A stretch of DNA of 32,091 bases from Rhizaria sp. SCN 62-66 (Eukaryota). Shown here one piece after another: positions 16,747 through 28,147 of this stretch (within the stretch, counting starts at the first letter, position 1; the number at the start of each line of letters is the position of its first letter). The stretch spans positions 1 through 32,091 of the forward strand of contig MEDY01000346.1 in assembly GCA_001724265.1 (NCBI GenBank). Direction: 5' to 3'. The notes under the pieces were generated by a model that saw nothing but the letters and a program-made list of their open reading frames with translations, made no database searches and was not told the origin of the DNA. The position numbers and the translations under genes were made by a program.

Positions 16747-19605
16747 TTGCTGCAGCAGCAACAACAACAGCACCGGCCGAGTGTTAGTCATGCAAACAAG
16801 GCGCCAGTGCAGGTGGCTATGAGCGTTACTGGCCCTAACCATAATAACACCACCGCGAACACGAACAATGTTTCAGCTGTTGTTGACGATGACACCAGTG
16901 ACGACTTTGAGCAGAGTCAGTTCAACACGGACATCAGCATGGGCGGTGGCGCAGGTCTCGGTCTCAACGATATTGAAGCTAGTCCCGAAAAGGGCAGTAA
17001 GAACGGCGGCTACACTGGTAGTTACTTTACTCCCCCGTCTCCAATGTCGCTCATGACCACGCCTACAAATGCGAACACAAACACGAACATGCAGTACTAC
17101 CTTAAAAACATTGCTGAAGTAGTCGAAGACAACGCCCCGGGTAACTTTGTCACTCATGGCGATGACTCTGCTGTTCCTGCTGCTGTGCCCCAAACCAATC
17201 ATAGCGACCTTGCCGCGACCAGTATCACTGCGCCCGCCGTTGCTCCATCTTCATCTGCGACCACCAACACGATTGTCCCAAAAGATGATACTCATGACGA
17301 CGCTAATGCCATTTCTGCCAACGGTACGGCCGGTGTTTACGATGATGTCAATACAACCGTCACCGGCGACGATGGCTGCAGCGGGCTCCCAGCGCTGCCC
17401 CAGGCTTATGATCACGGCAGCATCAACGGGGCGAACACGAACACCGAAGCCGCTGCTGCTGCTGCTGCGGCTGCTGCTACTGTTCCTGCGGTTGCAACTG
17501 AACGTGATGATGATATTAACGAGGTTGACCCTTCGCCCGAGAATGCGCCCGTGTCAGTGGCCGCTAACGACGAACACACTCTCACTAACAGCGCTGACAG
17601 CGCTGACATTCATAATAACGCAAACCCTGAAGCTGACAGTCACTCAGTTCCTCAGAGCAGGCCCGGCAATATCTGCGAAGATCCTGCGGTGAGCGCTGCG
17701 ATCGCCAAGTTTGTGCCCGCGTTTGATTCTGATAGTGAGGATGACGACGGCAACAACAACCACATCAATAACGACGAAGACAATGACAAGTTTGAGACTG
17801 ACGCGTTAGCACACAAGTACAGCTACAACAACGACCTGAGTGTTGACGTTGATCCCAGTCACCTTCAGCCCCATGAGCCTGCGCCTGTTGCGTACACCGA
17901 CTCCGCGGGATCTGACTTCACTGCCAGCGGCTACGGCGACGCACTCAACGCCAGCGACCCGAGAGAGGCAGACCACCCCGGCCCGACGCCCAACACGCTG
18001 CGCCGCTGCACACGCCCCGTGTCACCGTCGTACTCGAACTCGCAGTCGTTCGCTTCGTCTTGTACGCAGCCGCAGCCCGCTGCCGTGCCGTTCCCCCAAG
18101 CTCATACCGCAGACCTCGCCCAGTATTACCGCAACGCCGGCGCTGCGCACAATCACCACGGCGCGCCTGCTTTGACGCAACAGTGGCAGCAACAGCCTCT
18201 TGCATCGCCCCGCTACTTACCTCCGACTCCCGCGTCAGCAAGCGCTGCCACTTCTAGCGCTCGCGCGTCCCAGCCTTACGGTGGCCGCTATGTCGCTAGC
18301 TCTGACGCCGGGGCGAGCGCTGGCGCCAGCGCTGGTGTGAGCGTTGGCAACGAGTCGTACCGCGCACCGCAGCCGTGGGCGGAGCTCCACGCTGCGGCGC
18401 TGCGGCGCGTGCAGCGCGTCGAGTCCGACGTGTTATCGACACTGGCGCAGACGGCGGGCGAGAACACCGCGCGCACGCTCGCCGCCCACGGCCGCCACGG
18501 CCACGCAGGCGCTGTCGGGTACGGTGGCTACGGCTACGACACGGCGGGGTACGCGTACGACGACCCGTATCTTGCCTCACTCAACGCGCTGTCGCAGCGC
18601 GGTCGCGGCCTGCTGCCGGCCTCCGCGTCCTGCTCGGCGGCCGGTCTGGCGCGCGGCTTCGCCAACGCCGCTGAGGCTAAGTCTGATGCGGATGGCCGCG
18701 ATGGTAGCCGCGGGGGGCTGACACCGCAAGCGCGCGCGTACGCCTGTCGCTACCACCACAATGACGACTACAATAGCGCCGGTGCGAGCAGTAACGTTCG
18801 TGGATACGCCGACGCGGAGGCATCACGCTACCGTCAAAGGTCCTCCGTCACTGCTCCCCCGGCCGCCCCCGCGCCGCTACCGTTGTCCACCTCCGCCGCG
18901 ACTGCCGCGGGCTATGCGACCAAAGGTGCACCGCTTGTGCTTGACAGTGATGCGCTGCAACAGCCGCTGCATTTGACGGACAAAGCTCTGCGCGCGGCGC
19001 GCAAGTCCGCGCGGCGCTACGAGGCCCAAGAGCAGCAACAGGATGCGCAGCAGCATCAGCATCAGCAGCAAGCTCAGCAACGCTCAACGCCATCTCAACG
19101 CTCGCGCTCGCAATCGCGGTCCCAGTCGCGCCCTCGCCCATCCTCGTCGCACCCCACTAGCGCGCGCGACAGCGCGCGCGCCGACCGCGAGCAGGAGCGC
19201 TGCGCCCGCCTTTCGCGGCCGACCGCGGCCAGCGACGCGCGCGCCAGTGCGCAGCAGTGCCACAACAGCAGTGTTTACCTGAACAACAACAATACGGTTG
19301 CTGCGGTGGTGGGACAGCGGTACAACGCCGGCGCGGGCGCAGGCGAGCCCAAGGGGCTGCGTGACACTGTGATCGCGCCGCTGCGTCCTGGCATTGGGTA
19401 TCCCGAGAGCGGGAGCGCGGGCGGCCGAGGGACCGTGAGCAGCAAGAAAGCGAGTGGTTCTAGCTGGAGTATGAGTGAAAGTGCAACTGTGTACGACCCT
19501 GTTAAGGGACAGGCTCCGGTTGAGAAGATCAGCAAGAGCGACAGTAGCGCGCACAGCTATAACAGCAACGCAACTAAAAAGAACAACACAGTCATGAATG
19601 TGTGA
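16747..19605 (+). CDS. Disordered Asn/Asp/Ala-rich protein, C-terminal part (952-aa ORF); probably the same gene as 14809-16692
   Basis: Same reading frame as the upstream ORF, with no promoter or UTR space before it. It ends TGA TAA followed by AT-rich 3' sequence and contains an ARLSRPTAAS motif near the C-terminus. Confidence 0.75.
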   Translation: MLQQQQQQHRPSVSHANKAPVQVAMSVTGPNHNNTTANTNNVSAVVDDDTSDDFEQSQFNTDISMGGGAGLGLNDIEASPEKGSKNGGYTGSYFTPPSPMSLMTTPTNANTNTNMQYYLKNIAEVVEDNAPGNFVTHGDDSAVPAAVPQTNHSDLAATSITAPAVAPSSSATTNTIVPKDDTHDDANAISANGTAGVYDDVNTTVTGDDGCSGLPALPQAYDHGSINGANTNTEAAAAAAAAAATVPAVATERDDDINEVDPSPENAPVSVAANDEHTLTNSADSADIHNNANPEADSHSVPQSRPGNICEDPAVSAAIAKFVPAFDSDSEDDDGNNNHINNDEDNDKFETDALAHKYSYNNDLSVDVDPSHLQPHEPAPVAYTDSAGSDFTASGYGDALNASDPREADHPGPTPNTLRRCTRPVSPSYSNSQSFASSCTQPQPAAVPFPQAHTADLAQYYRNAGAAHNHHGAPALTQQWQQQPLASPRYLPPTPASASAATSSARASQPYGGRYVASSDAGASAGASAGVSVGNESYRAPQPWAELHAAALRRVQRVESDVLSTLAQTAGENTARTLAAHGRHGHAGAVGYGGYGYDTAGYAYDDPYLASLNALSQRGRGLLPASASCSAAGLARGFANAAEAKSDADGRDGSRGGLTPQARAYACRYHHNDDYNSAGASSNVRGYADAEASRYRQRSSVTAPPAAPAPLPLSTSAATAAGYATKGAPLVLDSDALQQPLHLTDKALRAARKSARRYEAQEQQQDAQQHQHQQQAQQRSTPSQRSRSQSRSQSRPRPSSSHPTSARDSARADREQERCARLSRPTAASDARASAQQCHNSSVYLNNNNTVAAVVGQRYNAGAGAGEPKGLRDTVIAPLRPGIGYPESGSAGGRGTVSSKKASGSSWSMSESATVYDPVKGQAPVEKISKSDSSAHSYNSNATKKNNTVMNV

Positions 19606-19872
19606 TAAAAAGCAATTCTACAGTGCAACAAAAACATAAGATAATCCCGAAATTGGGTGTGAAATCATGATGGAAATACAAAACTTACAACTGTATTCGT
19701 GTTAAGTGAAACAAACTATTGAACTGCAAACAGACAACGCAAAGAACTGAAGTGAAAAGAAGCTAAAAACAACGAAAGTGTCAGAAAAATCACGTGCGCG
19801 AGTAACACATGCTTTCAGGCACAAGCAACGAAAAGCTAGAGTAACAACAACAACAAACAATAACTCAAGAAC

Positions 19873-20251
19873 TTATGCGCTGGGCGCAGTTGGCTCAACC
19901 CACGCCTGCGACTTGCCAGCAGCAGCACTGTTGTTCGAGTTATCATCGTCGTCAAGCGACATGTCCATGTCGAACCCGTCGCCACTCGCGCTGCTGCTCG
20001 CAGGAGCAGCAGCAGGGGCAGGAGCGGCAGGAGCCGCGCGTGCGGGCGCGGGGGCGCTCGGGCCGGCGCCGCTACTCGTCGCGCCGGTGTTGCTCGAGGT
20101 AGCGGAATTCGGGCGATGTTGCGCGTCAGTCGACTGCGACGGCGGCTGCTGCGATGGGGAGTCCGAGTTCACCACAGGCAGCGGTGGTGCCGTCTTGGAG
20201 AACTGCGCAGACTGTGACTGAGAGTTGGCAGCAGCACTGTTGCCGCTGGAG

Positions 20252-20286
<35 letters not shown>

Positions 20287-23200
20287 AGAGGCAGGCGGGG
20301 CCGGTACGCGGCGCTGCGGCGGCTGCTGCGGCGACTGCTGTTTACTGCCACTGCCGCCCTGCCCTTGCGCCCTCCCCGGCGACCCGCTGCCGCTGTTGTT
20401 CGCGGGCTTCGTGGTGTTGAGATCGTTGAACTGGTGCGCGGCGAGCAGGTGCGGCGGGAACGGCGGCGGCGCAGAGGCCGGGGCGAGCCCGTAGAGGCGC
20501 CGCCAGTCGAACTTGGCCGCGGTGCGCGCCTTGGCCTTGCTCACGCCCGGCGGCAGCGGTTGCTGCGGCTGCGACTGCGTCTGGGGCCCGTCGCTGTCGT
20601 CGCCATGCAGCTGGGCCTGAGACTGCGAGTTCTGCTGCATGCGGCGGCCCTGAGGGTTACCGCTGCCTTGGCCGCCGCCACGTTGCTGTGGCTGTTGCGG
20701 CTGCGGTTGCTGCTGAGGCTGCTGCTGCCGCTGCTGCAAAGGAGGCAGAATCACTGCGCTACCTTGCTGCTGCTGCGAAGGCTGCTGCTGCGAAGGCTGC
20801 GAGTGGGACTGCTGCGTGGGGGACTGTGTCTGTTGAGACTGCGAGTGCGCGCCGCCATTGACGCCGCCCTCGGTCTCCTGTTGGTGCTGCTGCTCGAGGA
20901 TCTGCTCCAAGTCCCCTCTGGCCTTGTGCTTCGCGGCCTCGAGCAGGCGCACGACCTCCTCCAGGCGCGCGGCCCTGCGCTTGAGCTGCACGGTGCGGTC
21001 GAACAGGCGCTGCATGTCCTCGACGCGCGCGCGCCGCATCGCCTGGTCCGCGTCGGCGAAGGCGCGCGCGCGGCGCTGCTGGCCGACGCGCGCCGCCGTC
21101 TCAAGCTCCACCATCTTCTCCAGCTGCGCGCGCGCCGAGGTCTCGTAGGCCTGCACGCGCATGGCGTGGTCCGCGGCGCGCCGCAGCAGCGCCAGCTCCT
21201 CGCCCTGCGCCAGGACCTCGCCCGTGAGCTGCACGTTGCGGTGGAAAAATGCCGCGCCCGCGTCGCGCCAGCGCTGCTTCTGCTGCACGATCGTCTCGGT
21301 GGCCTTGCCCAACGAAGAGAGCTCAGTCTCGATCGCCGAGATCACGTCCGTGACCGTGGGGCCGCTGTAGAGGCTGAAGCCGCTGCCGCGCTCGCCACCG
21401 CTGCCGGAGCTGGGGATCAAAGAGGACGAGCCCGAACCGGCGCCGGAGCCGGAGCCGGAGCCGGAGGACGAGGAGGCCCAGGCGGGGCGCGTGCGGCGGC
21501 GGGCAACGCGGTGGAGGCTCGCGGGCACCGACGACAGCGAAAGCAACACGGGCACGACTGCAGTCGCCTCGCCAGACGCGCCGGTCGCAGCAGGCTGAGC
21601 ATCAGCAGTCGTGTTCGCGCCGTCGCCCTCAGCTGAAGGCGCACTCGCGCCCACACTGGGACTGCCGCTGCCGCTTCTGGAGGCGGAGATGGTGGCCGCG
21701 GTGGAGCTGTTGGTGGCCTGTCTCAACGACACGGCGAGGTTGGGCGACAGCGCGGCCTCGATCAACGTGTCCTGGTTGCTGCGCTCGCTGCGCATCTGGC
21801 CCTCAGCCTCCTGGATCAGCGCGTCGCACGCCATGCGTTGCACGCGCTCGTGCAACGCCAGCAGCTGGCGCCGGTACTTGCGCTCGCGGATCCACCCGGC
21901 GACTGACACATACAGCAGCAGCTTCTTAAACGCGCGCTTGTCCGTCGCCTGTCCCTCCTTGCCCTCGTGCATCGAGACCAAGTCGCCCTTGAGCTGCGCG
22001 ATAACGCCGCGCGCGCGCGCGAGCTCATTCTCAAAAGCCTTCTCGCTGTCGCGCGCGGCGATGAGCTCGGCCTCGCGGCCCGCGGCCAGGTCCGAGGCCT
22101 CGCGCAGCCGCGCGTCGGCGTGCCGCAGCGAGCGCAGCAGCTGCTCCTTCTCCTTGTCGGCGTCGTCGCCGGCAATCTGCGCCTCGCCCAGCTGCCGCGC
22201 GCGCGCCTCGGACTCGGCCTTGGCGGTCGCGGCCGCAGTCCGCGCGTCGGCCGTCTCGGCCTTGACCGACTCGATCGCGAGCTGCAGCTCCAGCACCTGC
22301 GCCTGCGCCAGACGCACGGCAATGGCGTTCTGGTCCGACGATGACGCCAGCTTCGCGTCGCGGTCCGCCACGGCCGCCGTCAGCGCGCTCGTCTCGGCTT
22401 CGAGCGCCGCCACACGCGCCTTGAGCGCCGCCACGGCCTCGTTGGCGGCGGCCAGGTCGCCGCGCTGGCGGCCCTCGCGCTTGACGGCCGCGGCGCGGGT
22501 GTCCTCGGCCTTCTTGGCGCGCGCCTCAGCCTCGGCCAGCGCGTCGGTCAGGCGCGCAATTTTGGCGTTGGCCGAGTCCACGTACGCCTGCGAGTACCGA
22601 CCCGCCCCGCTCGAGCCGGAGCCGGCGTTGAAGCTCGAACTGGAGCCGGAGCTGACGGGCACTGTCGCGGTCGCGTTGAGCGCGGCTGAGGACGGCGCGT
22701 GCGACAGGGTGCCCGCGGCCATGACGGGGGACGGCGTCACGGCAGCGTTTATGCCGCCGCCGTTGACGTTAGCGTTGGAGGTGGACGCAGACAGCGTGGG
22801 AGGGCGCTGGACGCCGAGGCCGACGCCAACCCCGCTGTCGCGGCCCGCGGGCGGGTTGCTGTGGGACGCGGGCAGCGCGGGCGTGCTGCTCGTACTCGGC
22901 CCGCTGTTGTTGTTGTTGTTGGCCAGCGACGACGAGCGCGATGAGCGCGGCGGCGCGCTCGTGCTCGCGCCGCTACTGCTCGCGGCGTTGGCGTGCGCGG
23001 AGCCCGTCCCGGTCTTGTTCCGCGCGGTCGGCGCATGCGGAGCGGTCGAGCCAGAGCCGGAGCTTGAGCTTGAGCCGGCGCCGGCACCGGCGTTCGAAGA
23101 AGCGGCGTTGGCGGCGGTCGGCGTGGGCGCCGTGCTCTCCAGTGCGGGGCTATCCGGCGCCAGCGCGAGTCCCAGCGCCGAGTCATCCTCTCTCTGCTGC

Positions 23201-24297
23201 TGGGACAGCTGTCCCTGCGGCTGCTGGGGGCGGCCCATGTCGCTACGCAGGTCGCTCAGCGGTAGCGGCTCAGGGGTCGGCGTGCGCGCGCGCGCGACGC
23301 TGGCAGCGGCGGCCTTGGCCTCGGCCTCGGCGGCGGCGGCCTTCGCATCAGCATCGGCAGCGGCAGCGGCGGCGGCAGCGGCAGCCTTGGCGTCGTCGTC
23401 GGCCTTCTTCTTATCAGCGGCAGCCTTGGCGTCAGCCTCAGCTTTAGCTTTGGCCTCAGCGTCTGCCTTAACTTTAGCATCCGCATCTGCCTTTGCCTTG
23501 GCATCAGCGTCGGCCTTAGACCTGGCCTCTGCGGCAGCCTTCGCATCGGCATCAGCCTTGGCCTTGGCCTCGATCTCAGCTTTTGCCTTCGCGTCAGCGT
23601 CCGCTTTAGCCTTGGCCTCAGCCTCAGCCTTTGCCTTAGCGTCTGCGTCGGCCTTAGCCTTGGCTTCGGCTTCAGCCTCGGCCTCGGCCTTAGCCTTAGC
23701 CTCAGCGTCTGCCTTGGCCTTAGTCTCGGCCTCGGCATCCGCCTTAGCCTTGGCCTTTGCGGCAGCCTTGTCTGCGGCAGCCTTGTCAGCAGCAGCCTTG
23801 TCAGCAGCAGCCTTGTCAGCAGCAGCCTTGTCAGCAGCAGCCTTGTCAGCAGCAGCCTTAGCCTTTGCATCGGCCTTGGCTTTCTCCTCAGCCGCAGCCT
23901 TTTCTGCCTCGGCCTTGGCCTTGTCGGCGGCGGCTGCGCGCTCTTTGGCGGCCATCTTAGCTGCCGCCTTGGCAATATCGTCGTCGTCATCGTCGTCCTC
24001 TTCTTCCTCTTCGGTGGAGTCGTTGAGACCGAGGCTAGAGATATCGTCGTCGAGCTCATCATTGTCGTCATCGTCGTCGTCGTCGTCCTTGGCAGGGGCA
24101 GGCTTGGCCGGCGTTGCTGCGGGCTTAGCGGGCGTTGCCGCGGGCTTTGCGGGTGTGGGCGCGGCAGACGCTGGCGCAGCGGCCGGCTTAGCCGGAGTCG
24201 CGGGGGCAGCAGCAGCGGGGGCAGGGGCAGGGGCAGAGGACGACAGAGCGTCGTCGAAGCTCATGTCGTCGTCGAGATCCATGTCCTCGAAGTCCAT
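19873..24297 (-). CDS. Coiled-coil protein (~1474 aa) with TolA-like Ala/Lys/Glu/Asp repeats and Q/N-rich C-terminus; function unknown
   Basis: The first ATG in the ORF is at 24297 (MDFEDMDLDDD...). It has a long AKAKADAEAK repeat region and two extended coiled-coil blocks (YVDSANAKIARL...; ISAIETELSSL...EQQHQQ). The stop is TAA. Confidence 0.85.
20251..20286 (-). repeat. (AAC)12 microsatellite encoding poly-Asn
   Basis: Perfect (GTT)12 on the + strand within the CDS. Confidence 0.9.
23762..23859 (-). repeat. 15-bp coding tandem repeat, ~6.5 copies (DKAAA)n
   Basis: The unit gcagccttgtcagca is repeated near-perfectly on the + strand. Confidence 0.9.
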
Positions 24298-25754
24298 CGT
24301 GCTCAGTGTGTAACACTGCGGCGTGGAAGCCGGAGATTGCGATGGAGGTGGGTGTGTGCTAGGAGAGCGGCGCGGGCTCGGGTAGGGTAAGAGAGCGACG
24401 GCTCTGAATCGCTGACTTCGAGTGAGTGCTGGGGCTGGGGAGCGGGGGAAGGCCTGCAGGGAACGGCCAAGGGGCTCAACGGCCGGAAATCCGGAAGGAG
24501 TTGCGCGCAAGCCAAAGAAGAGAGTTTGGGGGGAAAGGGCTTAGAGACCCAGAGAGTGTAGAAAGGCTGCAGGAGCGAAGGGCGGAGACGCGTGAAGTGT
24601 GATGAGGTAACGGTGAGAGGGCAACGGAAATCGGAACTGAGTATGTTTTGAAAAGGTTGATAACATACTGCTTAAGTATACTATTAAAAAGCAAGAAGGT
24701 GATTCATAAATCAAACTAACATTGCCACTAACGGTGTCTAGAGTGCATACGAGAGATGATTTAATCGTCGGCTGGCCGACCGTTTTTCCCCATTTTTCGG
24801 CCCTATTCGCTCGGTCTGTGTTGAGATGCACACCCTAAGCTGCCGATTTCTCGCAAACGATCGTTGAAATCATACAAGACAAGCACAAATCCCAACAATT
24901 GTTGTGTGTACTACTGCTCAATAGCTAGTGTTGCGGAATTCAAAGTTATGCACCTTAGAGTCTAAATCTTGTGCGTGTATTCTACTCAAGGCAACTTGAA
25001 GACAAACATGATTAAGTTTGTTGACAACACCACTATTTCGTGACGCACGCATGTCAATCACATGTCTAAGAGACAAAAACATGTTTCCTGGTATAAATAA
25101 AAGTTGTTTGTTTTGCCATTGCATTATATTTCTTGAGAACACCGAACATCATCTTCATGCACGAGCTCAGCAGCCAAAAGATCGAACATGGACGTTGATG
25201 CAGAACCACATCAATGACTAGCGTAACTATGTTCACAAGAAGTCACAGAAGAGCTGCAGCAATCCCAATAACTAATACATAATGCACTTAGCGGATGAGC
25301 TTGAAAATGCTCGTTTAAACCTGAAAACTTAAGAAGTAGAGAAGATATTTTCTTGAGGAGTGGTCACTTAGGAGGCACGATTTTACAAAACAAGTTAAAT
25401 ATCGTTCATATCTTGCTTTTGCTCCATGAAAATCTGTTTTGGGAGTATTTTTATCTATTTGTATTTATTTTTGTTGTTATTTTTTGTATCTGGTTAGCTT
25501 TACTAATTCAGTATTGCAATTCCTAAAAGTATTTGGAGAGTGATTTTTTTCGATCGCCGGAAATGACGCTACAATTTCTTGAATATACAAAATTAAGCAT
25601 CAAAAATTCATAAAAATAGGAATCAATAAAATCTAAAACTCTTCATTAAGATCTAAAAATAGTTATTGTTTCATTAAAATGTCATTTGTATTGCTAAAGT
25701 ATCTCAAAACTCTGTTTGCCTAACAGGTTTCACGTTGACAGCGCATCACCATTG

Positions 25755-28147
25755 TTACATGTTGCTCTTGGCGGCCCTCGCAGCGTCTTCGCGCTCCTCG
25801 CGCTCGTCCTCCTCAAGGTCGCGCTGCAGCTGCCGCAGCTCGTTCTCATCCTCCGGCCCAATCTCGCCGTCGCCGTCGCCGTCTCCGTTGCGGTCCGCGG
25901 AGCCGCGTTGCGCGATGGCGTCCTCAAGCTCCTTCATCTTGGTCTGCTTCCAGTCGGCCAGCGCGCGCTCGCGCTCGCTGCGCTGCTGCTGCAGCGCGGA
26001 GGACCGCGCTAGAGACTTGTCCAGCAAAGATGCCGTCAATAAGTCAAGCCGCGACTTGCCAGCCCCCGCAGCCCCAGCGCTCACAGGAGCAGTCGCCGTC
26101 AGGTAGGGGTCGTCAGTGACGGCGTTGCTGTCGTTGTTGCTGCTCGTGTCACGGTAGAGGGTGCGCGCAGCAATCATTTGCAGCACTTCCTCCTCTAAGG
26201 GGTCGAAGCCCTTACCGACGAGCCCCTTAGATGCAGACGTGGAAATCGGGTTCCCTTCCTCGTCGTAGTCATCGTCATCGTCTTCATTCTCATCATCAAG
26301 ATCGTCAGCATTATCAATACCCCCATCGTCATCATCGTCGTCATCAGCGTCGTCATCGCCGTCGTCCGTCGCACTTCCGGCCGCCTCCGCCCTCGCGTCG
26401 GCCTCCGCCCGTTCGCGCGCGCTCACGGCCACCCCGTCGAGGCTCCGCAACCGCGGCATCGACCCCACCACCACGGCGCGGTACCCCAGCTGCGCGCGGT
26501 CGCTGGGCCCGTGGACACACGGGTTGCCGCTGAGCCAGAGGTGCTGCACTGAGTCGGGGATCTCGGCGCCCATCAGCGACTCGAAGGCGATGTTGTTATC
26601 CCGCAAATCGAGCACTTTGAGCCTGCGGAGCGCGCCGACCGCGGGCGGCACGGCGGTGAGCCCGTTGCTGGCGAGCGAGAGCAGGCGCAGTGTAGGCGCC
26701 AGATGTGCCAGCGCGGACTCCGGCAGGTCGCTGGGGACGCGGTTGTGCTGCAGGTACAAGTGCGTGGTGCGCGTGCACAGGTCGAGGGTACTTAGATCGT
26801 CTAAGTGGAGCCGGTCGAGGTACAGACGCGGGAAGGCCCACACGCGGTGCGACACGCGCGGCGGCAGCGAAGACGGGTCCCACGACGACAGCAGCGACGA
26901 TACAGCCACCGCGCTCCTACTCGAGCTCGAGCTCGAGCCAGAGCCAGAGCTGGAGCTAGAGCCAGAGCTCGAGTCTGAGCTGGTGCTTGAGCTCGTGTTC
27001 GCGGAACTGTGTGATGGGGCAAGGGCTGCGTCAAAGAGGGCGTCGGTGGTCGTCACGGGGTTCACGCTGCTGCTCATCACGTTGGTCGGACACAGCGGGG
27101 ACGCCAGGAACGCACGCAGCTCGTCGTCGTTCGCCTCAGCCTCCGCAGAAGTGTTGGAAGTGTTGGCTGTGGGACTCGGACCAGCGCTAGCGTTGCTCGC
27201 GGGCGGCAGGATGGCGGCCATCGCGTTCAGCACGCGGATCGCGACCATGGACGGCGTCAGCGCGCGCGCCCCGCCGCTGGAGAGACCGCCGTCGCCGGCG
27301 CCGTCGCCGTCGCCGCCGTCGCCGTAGACGTTGTCGAAGTCGCTCGCAGATGCATACTCACTGCTACCGACGTTCTTAGCGCCCGCACCAGTGACAGTGC
27401 TCGACACAACAGCCGCGGAGCTACTGCCGCGAGCACCAATGTTGCCACTATTGGTGTTTGTGTTGGATTTAGAGTGCGTGGTCGAGAAGGCAGCGCGCGC
27501 GGTGGCGGCGGCGGCGGAGGCCGACATGGCCGCTTCTGCGGCGGCGCGGCGGAACGCGGTGCCCGGCCGGGCCAATGCGGTGCCAGAGGCTGCAGTCACC
27601 GCAGAAACAGACTTGGTTTGCGCTGGCTCATGCTCGTGCTCTTCCTCATCGTCGTCGTCATCGTCATCACCGAAGTTTGGGACATTTTCTAATGAAAGAG
27701 AGCAGAAAGCAGGTGTAACAAAGATAGTGTCAGATGAAACTTGAATAGCACAAGTAAACACAAAAGCGCAGATATTGAACGTAAATTCATTTCAGCACGG
27801 ACAAATCTTGTGCCTCTAACCTGCAGTTATGGGATAAAGCGATGGTGGAGCGTTATGTTGCGCTCGAGTTCGCGCCAGAGCCAGAGCAACAGGTGGAGGC
27901 GGCAAGAGCGTGCTGCGAGCCTGTGGTGGAGTTGTCGTCCAACGCTATCACAAGAAGCAGGAACTTAGACTCAGCGAGCTTAGGCTCAGCGAGACCGCAG
28001 GAGAGGAAACAGCATAGGCTTTCACGTACCGTCGTCCTCGTCGAGGTCAAGTGTGTTTAACTTGTCTTCTACATCAGCCAGACGTGCGAGAAGGTCGTCG
28101 AGCTCTTGCGGAGAGGTGGCAGACGCAGGGGCAGGAGCGCGGCTCAT
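25755..28147 (-). CDS. LRRC46: Leucine-rich-repeat protein with LRRcap, LRRC46-like (~683 aa); 2 exons (28030-28147, 25755-27688)
   Basis: The ATG at 28147 (ccaccATG, MSRAPAPASATSPQELDDLLARL...) joins via a phase-1 intron at 27689-28029 (G|GTACGT...tctttcattAG|AA). The core LYLDRL...THLYLQHN...LRLLSLASN...LKVLDLRDNNI...EIPDSVQHLWLSGNPC...GYRAVVVGSMPRLRSLDG and the following acidic tract parallel the LRRC46 LRR+cap layout. This comparison is from memory; orthology has not been computed. Confidence 0.75.

Noticed and set aside
16680-16787. Intron removing the two TAG codons (CG|GTATCG...GTTAG|T)
   Set aside because: It is frame-compatible but has a non-GTAYGT donor, no pyrimidine tract or branch site, and a codon-like interior, unlike all six clear introns. 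It is not fully excluded without RNA data.
21611-24313. 900-aa plus-strand ORF, and similar long antisense or alternate-frame ORFs (685-2484, 4343-5854, 3970-5253, 20365-21636, 15539-16822)
   Set aside because: These are shadow frames of GC-rich Ala-rich genes, where stops are depleted. The translations are complementary-codon gibberish.
24298-24510. 71-codon extension upstream of MDFEDM
   Set aside because: It has no ATG and is pyrimidine-rich, 5'UTR-like sequence.
24830-25740. Short ORFs in AT-rich intergenic DNA (also 28300-28900 and 29600-29950)
   Set aside because: They show no coding-like codon bias or recognisable motifs.
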